32,000 nucleotides of DNA from positions 1,830,001 through 1,862,000 of the forward strand of contig NC_006138.1 of the NCBI RefSeq assembly GCF_000025945.1. Reading direction: 5' to 3'. Position 1 is the first letter of the stretch. The number at the start of each line of letters is the position of its first letter. Of this stretch, positions 9,695-16,127 are shown piece by piece. The position numbers and the translations under genes were made by a program. This stretch comes from Desulfotalea psychrophila LSv54 (GTDB taxonomy: Bacteria; Desulfobacterota; Desulfobulbia; Desulfobulbales; Desulfocapsaceae). The notes under the pieces were generated by a model. It was given only the letters and a program-made list of their open reading frames with translations, was not told where the DNA came from and did not search any database.

Positions 9695-10879
9695 TTATTT
9701 ATCCGCTTTGGTGGCTCGGCCAATATGACGGCCGTATTCTACACACTCTTTCAGTTGTTCCTCATGGGGGACGTATTTTATGCGCAAGCCATCGTCGATA
9801 CGCTTAATCTTCATCTCATCCATCATGGTGTTCAGTTGTTTGACGGCCTCTCCACCCCAGCCGTAGGAACCAAAGGCTGCACCTATTTTTTTTCGGGGTT
9901 TAAGTCCTTTCATATACATCAAAAAACTTGCCAAACTGGGCATGATGGCGTTATTGATGGTGGCACTTCCCAGGACGATGGTGCTTGCCGTAAGCAGCCT
10001 TTGCATAATGTCACCGCGATGACACTCTTTCAGGCTCATGAGGCGGGCGGGTACATTTTCCTCTTCTATACCCTGGGCGATAGCCTTTGCCATCATCTCC
10101 GTTGATTTCCATTTAGTATCATAGACAATGATGGCTTCGGGGTGCTGTTCCTGTTGGCTCCATCTGCGGTATCCCTCAAGAATCTCATCCTGTTGTTGCC
10201 GCCAGATAATACCATGGTCGGGGGCAATGAGGCGAAGATCCAGCTCCATCTTTTCCATGGTTTTGAGCAGCTTTTGCACAAGAGGTGAGAGAAGGGTGAG
10301 AGTGGTCGCATAAAAATGTTCCGCTGCATTTATGGCCTTGCCCGCCTCAAGTTCATCGTCAAATCGCTCCTCGGTGGCGATATGTTGGCCGAAGGCATCG
10401 TTGGAAAAGAGGATTCCGTCTTCCTTAAGATAGGAGAACATGGAGTCCGGCCAGTGGAGCATACGGGTTTCAATAAATTGAACACTGCGACTGCCGAGGG
10501 AGAGCTCTGTTCCTGTTTTTACCACCTGATAGGGCCAGTCTGTACGGTGATAATGAGCTATGATGGCCCGTTTGCCCATTTCCGAGCAGAAGAGCTTTTC
10601 GGGTTTGATAGCCTCCATGATCTCCGGCAGGGAGCTGGAGTGATCGGGTTCTACATGATTGACAATCAGGTAATCGATATCTGCAGGATCAATGATCTGT
10701 TTTATATGGTTAAAGAGTTGGTCGCGATGAGAGTGCTTAACCCCGTCTACCAGGGTGATTTTCTCGTCGATTATCAGGTAGGCATTGTAGCTGGTACCGG
10801 TATATCCGCTTGATGCTGGGATATCCCAGTCAATGGCGCCGACCCAGTAAATTCCTTTGGCAAGTTCGTTATTCTTGAT
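9695..10879 (-). CDS. Flavodiiron protein paralog 1 (ROO/FprA type); no canonical start codon at the homologous N-terminus, so possibly a pseudogene
   Basis: The track ORF (9695-10618) begins at a residue aligning with about residue 93 of the neighbouring paralog. My manual translation shows the same frame stays open up to the TAG at 10898-10900. It encodes IKNNELAKGIYWVGAIDWDIPASSGYTGTSYNAYLIIDEKITLVDGVKHSHRDQLFNHIKQIIDPADIDYLIVNHVEPDHSSSLPEIMEAIKPEKL, colinear with MNKNKLAKGIYWVGAVDWDV... of the paralog. The codon aligned to that Met is ATC (10877-10879). There is no ATG, GTG or TTG in frame between 10897 and 10619. Confidence 0.7.
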   Translation of the reverse strand: MKNNELAKGIYWVGAIDWDIPASSGYTGTSYNAYLIIDEKITLVDGVKHSHRDQLFNHIKQIIDPADIDYLIVNHVEPDHSSSLPEIMEAIKPEKLFCSEMGKRAIIAHYHRTDWPYQVVKTGTELSLGSRSVQFIETRMLHWPDSMFSYLKEDGILFSNDAFGQHIATEERFDDELEAGKAINAAEHFYATTLTLLSPLVQKLLKTMEKMELDLRLIAPDHGIIWRQQQDEILEGYRRWSQQEQHPEAIIVYDTKWKSTEMMAKAIAQGIEEENVPARLMSLKECHRGDIMQRLLTASTIVLGSATINNAIMPSLASFLMYMKGLKPRKKIGAAFGSYGWGGEAVKQLNTMMDEMKIKRIDDGLRIKYVPHEEQLKECVEYGRHIGRATKADK

Positions 10880-11015
10880 ATTTTGGCCTGCTATTGGCTA
10901 ATGTCTCATGGTGCAGTTACCATTTTTATTATCTAACTGCCATCATAATCCCTCCACCTGCCCGCATGACGCTATCCCTAGGGGGTAGTTGCTTTTTCTA
11001 ACAGCTGATAACTGA

Positions 11016-11052
11016 CACCTCCCCCGCACGCCTTCCTAGCCCGGGGGAGGTG
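11016..11052 (-). other. Perfect 11-bp GC-rich hairpin 11 nt downstream of the FDP paralog 2 stop; intercistronic stabiliser or terminator-like element without a U-tract
   Basis: CACCTCCCCCG (11016-11026), 15-nt loop, CGGGGGAGGTG (11042-11052). Confidence 0.5.
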
Positions 11053-11062
11053 GGAGGAGGGC

Positions 11063-12265
11063 CTATTTTCCCTCTTCACTCGCGAGGATGCTCCGGCCAA
11101 GTTCACGACCATATTCACGACACTGGTCAAGGCTCTCCTCGGTGGGAACATATTTGAGGCGCAGACCATCATTTATCCGCTCTATTTTCATCTCATCCAT
11201 TATGGTGTTGAGTTGGGCCACTGCCTCGCCGCTCCAACCATAGGAGCCAAAGGCCGCCCCCAACTTTCTCGCCGGTTTCAGTCCCTTCATATAGCTCAAA
11301 AGCCCTGCCATACGAGGCAGGATGCCGTTGTTCAGGGTTGGGCTGCCAAGGATGAGGGCCCGGGCATCAAGCACTTTTGTTACCACATCACTGCGGTGAT
11401 GAACCTGCATATTGATAAGCTCTGCCGGTACACCCTCCTCTTCAAGTCCTATGGAGATGGACTTGGCCATCTCCTCGGTGGAGTGCCACATGCTGTCGTA
11501 GATTATCAGAGCCCTGTTAGAATGTTCCTGATTGCTCCATTTCTCGTAGGCGGCAAGGATTTTATCCTGGTGGCTACGCCAGATAAGGCCGTGGTCCGGG
11601 GCGATTATTTTTAAATCCAGGTCCATTTCTTTGATGGTGCGCAGCAACTTTCTTATCAGCGGGGAGAAGAGATTGAGGATGTTAGCATAGTATTTAGCGC
11701 TCTCCTGCATGATTTCGTCCAACTCAAGTTCATCGTCAAAACGTTCTGTACTGGCAAGATGTTGGCCAAAGGCGTCGCTGGTGAAGAGGATGCCATCTTC
11801 CTGTAGGTAGGAAAACATGGAGTCGGGCCAATGCAGCATTCGTGTTTCCAGAAACTGAACGGTGCGGGCCCCGAGGGAAATTTCATCGCCGGATTTTACT
11901 ATATGGTAGGGCCAGTCTTCCCTATGAAAGTGGGCGATCAGTGCCTTTTCTCCCATGGGTGAGCAGATGAGCTTTTCAGGTTGGACGATCTCCATCATCT
12001 TCGGTAGGGAGCCAGAGTGATCGAGTTCTACGTGGTTAACGACAATATAGTCAATCTCCTTTGGATCAATTATTTTTCCTATATTGTAGAGCAGTTGATC
12101 CATGTGGGAATGTTTCACGGTGTCAAAGAGGGTCACCTTTTCATCGATGACTAAAAAAGAGTTATAGGTTGATCCCCTATAGGTGGAGTATCCGTGAAAA
12201 TCCCGTACGTCCCAGTCAACTGCTCCTACCCAATATATGCCCTTGGCAAGTTTATTCTTATTCAT
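11063..12265 (-). CDS. Flavodiiron protein (rubredoxin:oxygen oxidoreductase / FprA family), full length
   Basis: 400 aa. Metallo-beta-lactamase-like domain with the diiron ligand motif NHVELDHSGS (H-x-E-x-D-H). C-terminal flavodoxin-like domain (ALIIYDSMWHSTEEMAKSI, LGSPTLNNG, GAAFGSYGWSGEA). Confidence 0.93.
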   Translation of the reverse strand: MNKNKLAKGIYWVGAVDWDVRDFHGYSTYRGSTYNSFLVIDEKVTLFDTVKHSHMDQLLYNIGKIIDPKEIDYIVVNHVELDHSGSLPKMMEIVQPEKLICSPMGEKALIAHFHREDWPYHIVKSGDEISLGARTVQFLETRMLHWPDSMFSYLQEDGILFTSDAFGQHLASTERFDDELELDEIMQESAKYYANILNLFSPLIRKLLRTIKEMDLDLKIIAPDHGLIWRSHQDKILAAYEKWSNQEHSNRALIIYDSMWHSTEEMAKSISIGLEEEGVPAELINMQVHHRSDVVTKVLDARALILGSPTLNNGILPRMAGLLSYMKGLKPARKLGAAFGSYGWSGEAVAQLNTIMDEMKIERINDGLRLKYVPTEESLDQCREYGRELGRSILASEEGK

Positions 12266-12451
12266 AGCGTTAATACCTTATAAGTTCTTTGAATTTTGCT
12301 GTTTGTTCTTAATTCTCTATTGCTTATACTAAACAATATGGGGCTTTAAGACTAGCAGGTTTTGCCAGGAGATATTTTCCCCCAGCCTGATTGTATTCTT
12401 TTCGACTATTTGCTAAGAAAAATAAGTATTTCCTTAGAAGTTCTTTTGTAG

Positions 12452-12466
12452 TAATGATTATCATTA
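12452..12466. promoter_or_regulatory. Fur-family (PerR/Fur-type) 7-1-7 operator in the divergent FDP/ferredoxin intergenic region
   Basis: TAATGAT-T-ATCATTA is a perfect 7-1-7 palindrome. It shares the 12-mer TAATGATTATCA with the site upstream of the rubrerythrin gene (18735-18746). Confidence 0.45.
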
Positions 12467-12504
12467 ACTGTTTAACAATAATAAAATTTAATGCAAGGAT
12501 TATT

Positions 12505-12729
12505 GTGAAAGAGAAGAGTGAGAGCTGTGGACTGTGGTTTCAGTTTCCGGTGATAGATCTTGGTCTATGCAGTGAGTGCCTTGGCTGCATCGAAATTGCG
12601 CCGAATATTTTTGTCTATAATTATGACCTTGGTATGATGGAGGTGATTGAACAGGAGAGCTATGATCGACAGCTGGTTGATGAGGCCATGAAGAACTGTC
12701 CAAAAAAATGTATTAGCTGGGAGTGCTAG
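12505..12729 (+). CDS. Small single-cluster [4Fe-4S]/[3Fe-4S] ferredoxin
   Basis: C-x2-C-x2-C ... CP pattern: IDLGLCSECLGCIEIAPNIF...DEAMKNCPKKCISWE. I place the start at GTG 12505, with an AAGGA RBS at 12495-12499. The track start at 12391 adds an implausible AT-rich, hydrophobic leader. Confidence 0.72.
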   Translation: MKEKSESCGLWFQFPVIDLGLCSECLGCIEIAPNIFVYNYDLGMMEVIEQESYDRQLVDEAMKNCPKKCISWEC

Positions 12730-12892
12730 TGCTTTGTAGAGCTTTAGATATCGTAAATATTGTTGAGCCATTTTGGTGCGCTGCAAGGCACGAATGAAGG
12801 AGCATAGCAGCGCTATGTGACCGAATGAGAAACGAAGTCAGCGCGAGAAAAGGGCAAACAATATACGGTGGATAAAGTTTTACAGAGCACTA
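12727..12892. repeat. 166-bp element bounded by inverted repeats, filling the convergent ferredoxin / FeS-DedA intergenic region
   Basis: The left arm TAGTGCTTTGTAGAGCTTT (12727-12745) starts on the ferredoxin stop codon. The right arm is AAAGTTTTACAGAGCACTA (12874-12892), matching in 16 of 19 positions. Arms can be extended with gaps to about 40 bp. An inner 7-bp stem pairs GCGCTGC (12778-12784) with GCAGCGC (12807-12813), and there is a second CAGCGC at 12839-12844. Confidence 0.5.
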
Positions 12893-12905
12893 GGCAGGGT
12901 AAGGG

Positions 12906-14642
12906 TTATTTTGATCTTGCCAGGAGTTTTTTTCTTCCCAGGATAGAGATGACGCTCAGAGAGAGCATAAGGCCTGCACCGACAAAAAAGAGGGGGCCCA
13001 TTTCTCCACTGAGGAGTGCTGGCAGTGAGTTAGAAAAGAGAATAAAGGCTGTACAGGCAGGTAGGATACCGAGGATGGTTGCCAGTAGATAGTGGTGGAA
13101 GCGAATGCCGGAGAGTCCGAGGGCATAGTTGAGCGGGGTAAAGGGAAAGAGTGGGATCAGTCGTAGGGCAAAGACTATTTTCCAACCATGTTTTTCGATC
13201 ATGGACTCGAGTTGTTCCCCTTGTCCTTTTCTAAAGAGACCTTTCATTTTGTTCTGTAGCCAATTCCCGGCGATGTATCTTGATACCAGAAAGGAGAGCG
13301 CCGCTCCAAGGCTTGCCCCTGTCATGGCATAGATGATACCCCATACATGGCCATAGAGGAGGCCTGCCACCATAACAAAGGGGAAGGCCGGCAGAAAGCA
13401 TACGGGAACCAGAGCCATAATGCTGATATAGAGCAGGGGGGAAAGGTTCTGCATGTGCAGGATGAGTAGCTCAAGGTGTTCCTTTTGCAGGAAATTGTCT
13501 ACTCCCTTGACCCTGAGGGTACAGGCGAGAGAGATGATGGTGATCAGTAGCGCGGCCTTAGCCCATGGGGTCTTGCTTGCTGTTGCGTGGTCTTTTTCTA
13601 AGCGTTTTTTAAGTAAGAAACGATGCAGATAGGTGAATGGAAAGGCTGTCTTTTGTTCTTTACCTGTGGCACAGCCCTCTTCGTCAAAGAGGATATCCAG
13701 CAGGTGGACGGTGGAAAAGTTCTTGCCGAGGCTGACTGAGCAACCTGCACAGTAGGTAATGATCTTTTCCCCGCCTGCCTCTCTTTCTCTCTTCTGCCAA
13801 CTCTCACGAAACCTGGGGGCAAGGCAGCTTACAGCTCCGCCCTCCCCGCAACAGATGGTCTTCTCCTTGCTATGAACGCTCTCTTTAATTTTCATGTTTT
13901 TGGGAAGTATTTCGCGCACAGCATTCTGTATCTCCACTGAAAAACGGGTGCTGCAGGCATCGTGGATGGAAAATGTCTGAGAAAAATTTCCCTTACAGAT
14001 GGGGGGGGACTCCCTGAGCTCTTCATAGATGGAAATGGTGTCGAAGCCCTGCCCATACTCTTTAAAGATACGGTAACAGCTCGGGCAGGCGGTGATGATT
14101 TTCTTGATGCCCTCTTCTCTGAGACGGCTTAAAAGTCGTTCGAGGGAGGAGGTAAAAAGGTCCTGTTTACCAAGATCGTGGGACGGCTTATGGCAACAGG
14201 CGAGGATAATACCAATGCTGGGATCTCTCTCTTGCAGGAAGTGGTAGGCTCGTTCGGTAACCCTGTCCCGGGTGGCGGCAAGGGCGCATCCGGGGAAGAA
14301 TATGGTGGAACACCCCTGCGGCAGATGCTCCAGACGAAGAAGCTTGCTGTCGCCCCAATTTTCGTAGGCAAGAATGCCCCTATGGGCAGGATTACCACCC
14401 TCTTTTTTTTGCACATCTTCTCGCATGGCAAGCACTGCCGCCGGCATATCCAGAGAGCAGGGACAGACTGCTTGGCAGAGTCCGCACATATTACAGAGAA
14501 AGGGGTCTACTCCATCTTTCCCCTCTTGTAGATAGGCCGTGCAAATTTCACCCGGAGTGCCTTTTTCCTGAAGAAAGAGACACTCTTTGAGGCAGATTTT
14601 ACATTCTATGCAGTGGTTGGCAATATCTTCTATTTTTTTCAT
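12906..14642 (-). CDS. Fusion protein: N-terminal 2x[4Fe-4S] plus two CCG cysteine-rich domains (HdrD/GlpC/LutA-like) and a C-terminal TVP38/TMEM64 (DedA-superfamily) membrane domain
   Basis: CIECKICLKEC and CNMCGLCQAVCP (CxxCxxCxxxC(P)). CCG domain 1: FFPGCALA...ACCHKP...ACPSCY. CCG domain 2: HDACSTRF...ICCGEGG...YCAGCS. Then about 5 TM helices with the TVP38/DedA signature VCFLPAFPFVMVAGLLYGHVWGIIYAMTGASLGAALSFLVSRY...RLIPLFPFTPLNYALGLSGI. Start taken at ATG 14642 (MKKIEDIANHC...); the track start at 14804 would overlap the upstream gene. Confidence 0.8.
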   Translation of the reverse strand: MKKIEDIANHCIECKICLKECLFLQEKGTPGEICTAYLQEGKDGVDPFLCNMCGLCQAVCPCSLDMPAAVLAMREDVQKKEGGNPAHRGILAYENWGDSKLLRLEHLPQGCSTIFFPGCALAATRDRVTERAYHFLQERDPSIGIILACCHKPSHDLGKQDLFTSSLERLLSRLREEGIKKIITACPSCYRIFKEYGQGFDTISIYEELRESPPICKGNFSQTFSIHDACSTRFSVEIQNAVREILPKNMKIKESVHSKEKTICCGEGGAVSCLAPRFRESWQKREREAGGEKIITYCAGCSVSLGKNFSTVHLLDILFDEEGCATGKEQKTAFPFTYLHRFLLKKRLEKDHATASKTPWAKAALLITIISLACTLRVKGVDNFLQKEHLELLILHMQNLSPLLYISIMALVPVCFLPAFPFVMVAGLLYGHVWGIIYAMTGASLGAALSFLVSRYIAGNWLQNKMKGLFRKGQGEQLESMIEKHGWKIVFALRLIPLFPFTPLNYALGLSGIRFHHYLLATILGILPACTAFILFSNSLPALLSGEMGPLFFVGAGLMLSLSVISILGRKKLLARSK

Positions 14643-14673
14643 GGAGAGTAGTAATGACAGAATTATCTGCCTC

Positions 14674-15345
14674 TTAGAGAGGGTTTGCCGTTTTTCTGTC
14701 TCGGTAAATTTTGCGTAGGAGCAGAGCCAGGACAGAGAAGGCAAAGAGGATAAAGAGGGCGGTGACAAAGGTCTTTGCCCCCCCCGTAAGCATCTCTCCT
14801 GCATAGGAATAGACCAGGGTCGCCGGAAGTTGGCCGATACCCGTTGCCCAGAGGAACTGCCAGAAGCTCATGGAGGTGAGTCCTGCCGCGTAGCTGACAA
14901 TATCAAAGGAGACAAAGGGCAGGAGGCGGGCGATGAGGATGGCATATTTGCCATGTCTTTCAAAAAAACCGTCCACTCCTTTCAGGGCCTCTTTTGAGGT
15001 CAGTTTTTCCACCATCTCTCGTCCTAGAAAACGGGCAATCCAGAAGCAGAGCAGGGCACCTGCCATGGCGCTTACCCAAGAGAGAATGGCTCCGTAGACC
15101 CAACCGAAGAGGGTGGCATTGGCAAAGGTAATGAGAAAGGCGGGCAGGGGGGCGATAATGGATTGAAAGATCATCAGGAGAAAGGAGACAATCGGTGCCC
15201 AGGGGCCAAAGCTAAGTATATAGCCTTTAATAGAGTCAAGGTCGTATATACTGAAGAGAAAGAAGACCTGCTCAATGCTCTGCCAGAAGGGGATGCACAG
15301 CAGGGTAATTATGGCGATAAAAATCAGTGGTTTGAATATCTTCAT
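14674..15345 (-). CDS. TVP38/TMEM64 family (DedA-superfamily, SNARE-associated) inner-membrane protein
   Basis: 223 aa, polytopic. IAPLPAFLITFANATLFGWVYGAILSWVSAMAGALLCFWIARFLGRE...RLLPFVSFDIVSYAAGLT. A paralog of the C-terminal domain of the downstream fusion gene. Confidence 0.85.
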   Translation of the reverse strand: MKIFKPLIFIAIITLLCIPFWQSIEQVFFLFSIYDLDSIKGYILSFGPWAPIVSFLLMIFQSIIAPLPAFLITFANATLFGWVYGAILSWVSAMAGALLCFWIARFLGREMVEKLTSKEALKGVDGFFERHGKYAILIARLLPFVSFDIVSYAAGLTSMSFWQFLWATGIGQLPATLVYSYAGEMLTGGAKTFVTALFILFAFSVLALLLRKIYRDRKTANPL

Positions 15346-15496
15346 CTTTTTTTTTCAGGCTAATGTTTTGGGCATGTTGATACATGCCGTAAATAACCTG
15401 CTGAACATATTGAGATGGGAGGGGAAAGTCCAATACTTATCTGCTATGTGGGAACGTGGACATATAGGGAATGCCTATGGCATGGCTCTGGGCAAA

Positions 15497-15587
15497 GGTA
15501 GAGACGTCGATTTATCGCGTCTCATCTGCGTTGCCGGCTACACCAGAGACGCGATAAATTACCCCACGGGTTTGTGAAATGGGTGAT
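15497..15587 (+). repeat. Dispersed palindromic repeat, copy A (hairpin modules only)
   Basis: GGTAGAGACGTCGATTTATCGCGTCTC-(22 nt)-GAGACGCGATAAATTACCCCACGGGTTTGTGAAATGGGTGAT. A 13-bp stem pairs TTTATCGCGTCTC (15511-15523) with GAGACGCGATAAA (15546-15558). Confidence 0.85.
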
Positions 15588-15867
15588 GTGGTGGGGGCGC
15601 AACACAAACCATCCATCAGGGTAATGCGTTAGGCGTTGCTTTTCTAAAATGAGGTTGGCACTCGAAAAACTGTCTCTGGTGCACACCCACCCCAGAGCAC
15701 CCATCACCAAGGGGAGGAGTTAGGTATTGCTCTATTGAACCACAATATGTCACTTGCAGCACATGAAAAACTAAATAGATTTTTGAGAGCAAACGGGGGC
15801 TACAGGATTTAATAGCGCCCGATTCAACAACGGGTTTTGTCATGAAAAATGGAGCTGGCCTTAAGGC

Positions 15868-15904
15868 ACCTCCCCTTCTCGGAGGGGGAGGAGGGAGGGG
15901 GAGT
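15868..15904 (+). repeat. G-rich box (GGGGGAGGAGGGAGGGGGA) with an upstream complementary CCTCCCC, copy 1
   Basis: CACCTCCCCTTCTCGGAGGGGGAGGAGGGAGGGGGAGTG. Near-identical copies at 27021-27067 and, inverted, at 27701-27723. A related G-rich sequence lies at 11041-11060. Confidence 0.7.
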
Positions 15905-15969
15905 GCCAGCCCACCCACATAGCCACAACTGCCCTCTGCCCCTATCCTAAAAAAGGGCTTTGTCCAAAT

Positions 15970-16077
15970 GTAGAGACGTCGACTCATCTGCGTTGCCGGT
16001 TACACCGGAGACGCGATAAATCACCCCACGGGTTTGTGAAATGGGTGATCTTCAAGCAGTGGTTAACTGTTTTTTCT
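15970..16077 (+). repeat. Dispersed palindromic repeat, copy B (10-bp deletion of the left hairpin arm; carries the tail module)
   Basis: GTAGAGACGTCGA[deletion]CTCATCTGCGTTGCCGGTTACACCGGAGACGCGATAAATCACCCCACGGGTTTGTGAAATGGGTGATCTTCAAGCAGTGGTTAACTGTTTTTTCT. Continues directly into the heptamer array. Confidence 0.85.
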
Positions 16078-16126
16078 GATAGCTGATAGCTGATAGCTGA
16101 TAGCTGATAGCTGATAGCTGATAGCT
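16078..16126 (+). repeat. Perfect heptanucleotide microsatellite (GATAGCT)x7
   Basis: Seven exact units counted base by base from 16078 to 16126. The array ends 1 nt before the TAA (16128-16130) that closes the extended methyltransferase frame. Confidence 0.95.
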
Positions 16127-16127
16127 G

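Noticed and set aside
10898-10912. ATG-AGA-CAT-TAG mini-ORF in frame with and directly upstream of FDP paralog 1, considered as TAG read-through or pyrrolysine
   Set aside because: The homology to the paralog begins only at the ATC 6 codons downstream of the TAG. There is no evidence for Pyl machinery. The simpler explanation is a mutated start codon.
12391-12504. Long N-terminal extensions offered by the ORF track: ferredoxin from 12391, FeS-DedA fusion from 14804, fliS from 21116, dnaE from 31393, rubrerythrin from 18737, trpS from 7449, cdaR from 1953
   Set aside because: In each case an internal ATG or GTG with a better RBS coincides with the start of family homology. The extension either overlaps the upstream gene or is compositionally implausible.
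15655-15672. Sigma54-like TTGGCAC-N5 motif; a similar TGGCGC also starts both 55-bp repeats (19475 and 20051)
   Set aside because: The -12 element (TTGC) is missing at the required spacing in all three cases.
15616-15987. 123-aa minus-strand ORF in the repeat-rich gap
   Set aside because: Its sequence comes from translating the G-rich box (PLPPPPPRRGG) and the start of palindromic repeat copy B. It has no RBS and no family resemblance.
16078-16126. Possible CRISPR array
   Set aside because: The 7-bp units are contiguous with no spacers. This is a microsatellite, and no cas genes are present in the window.
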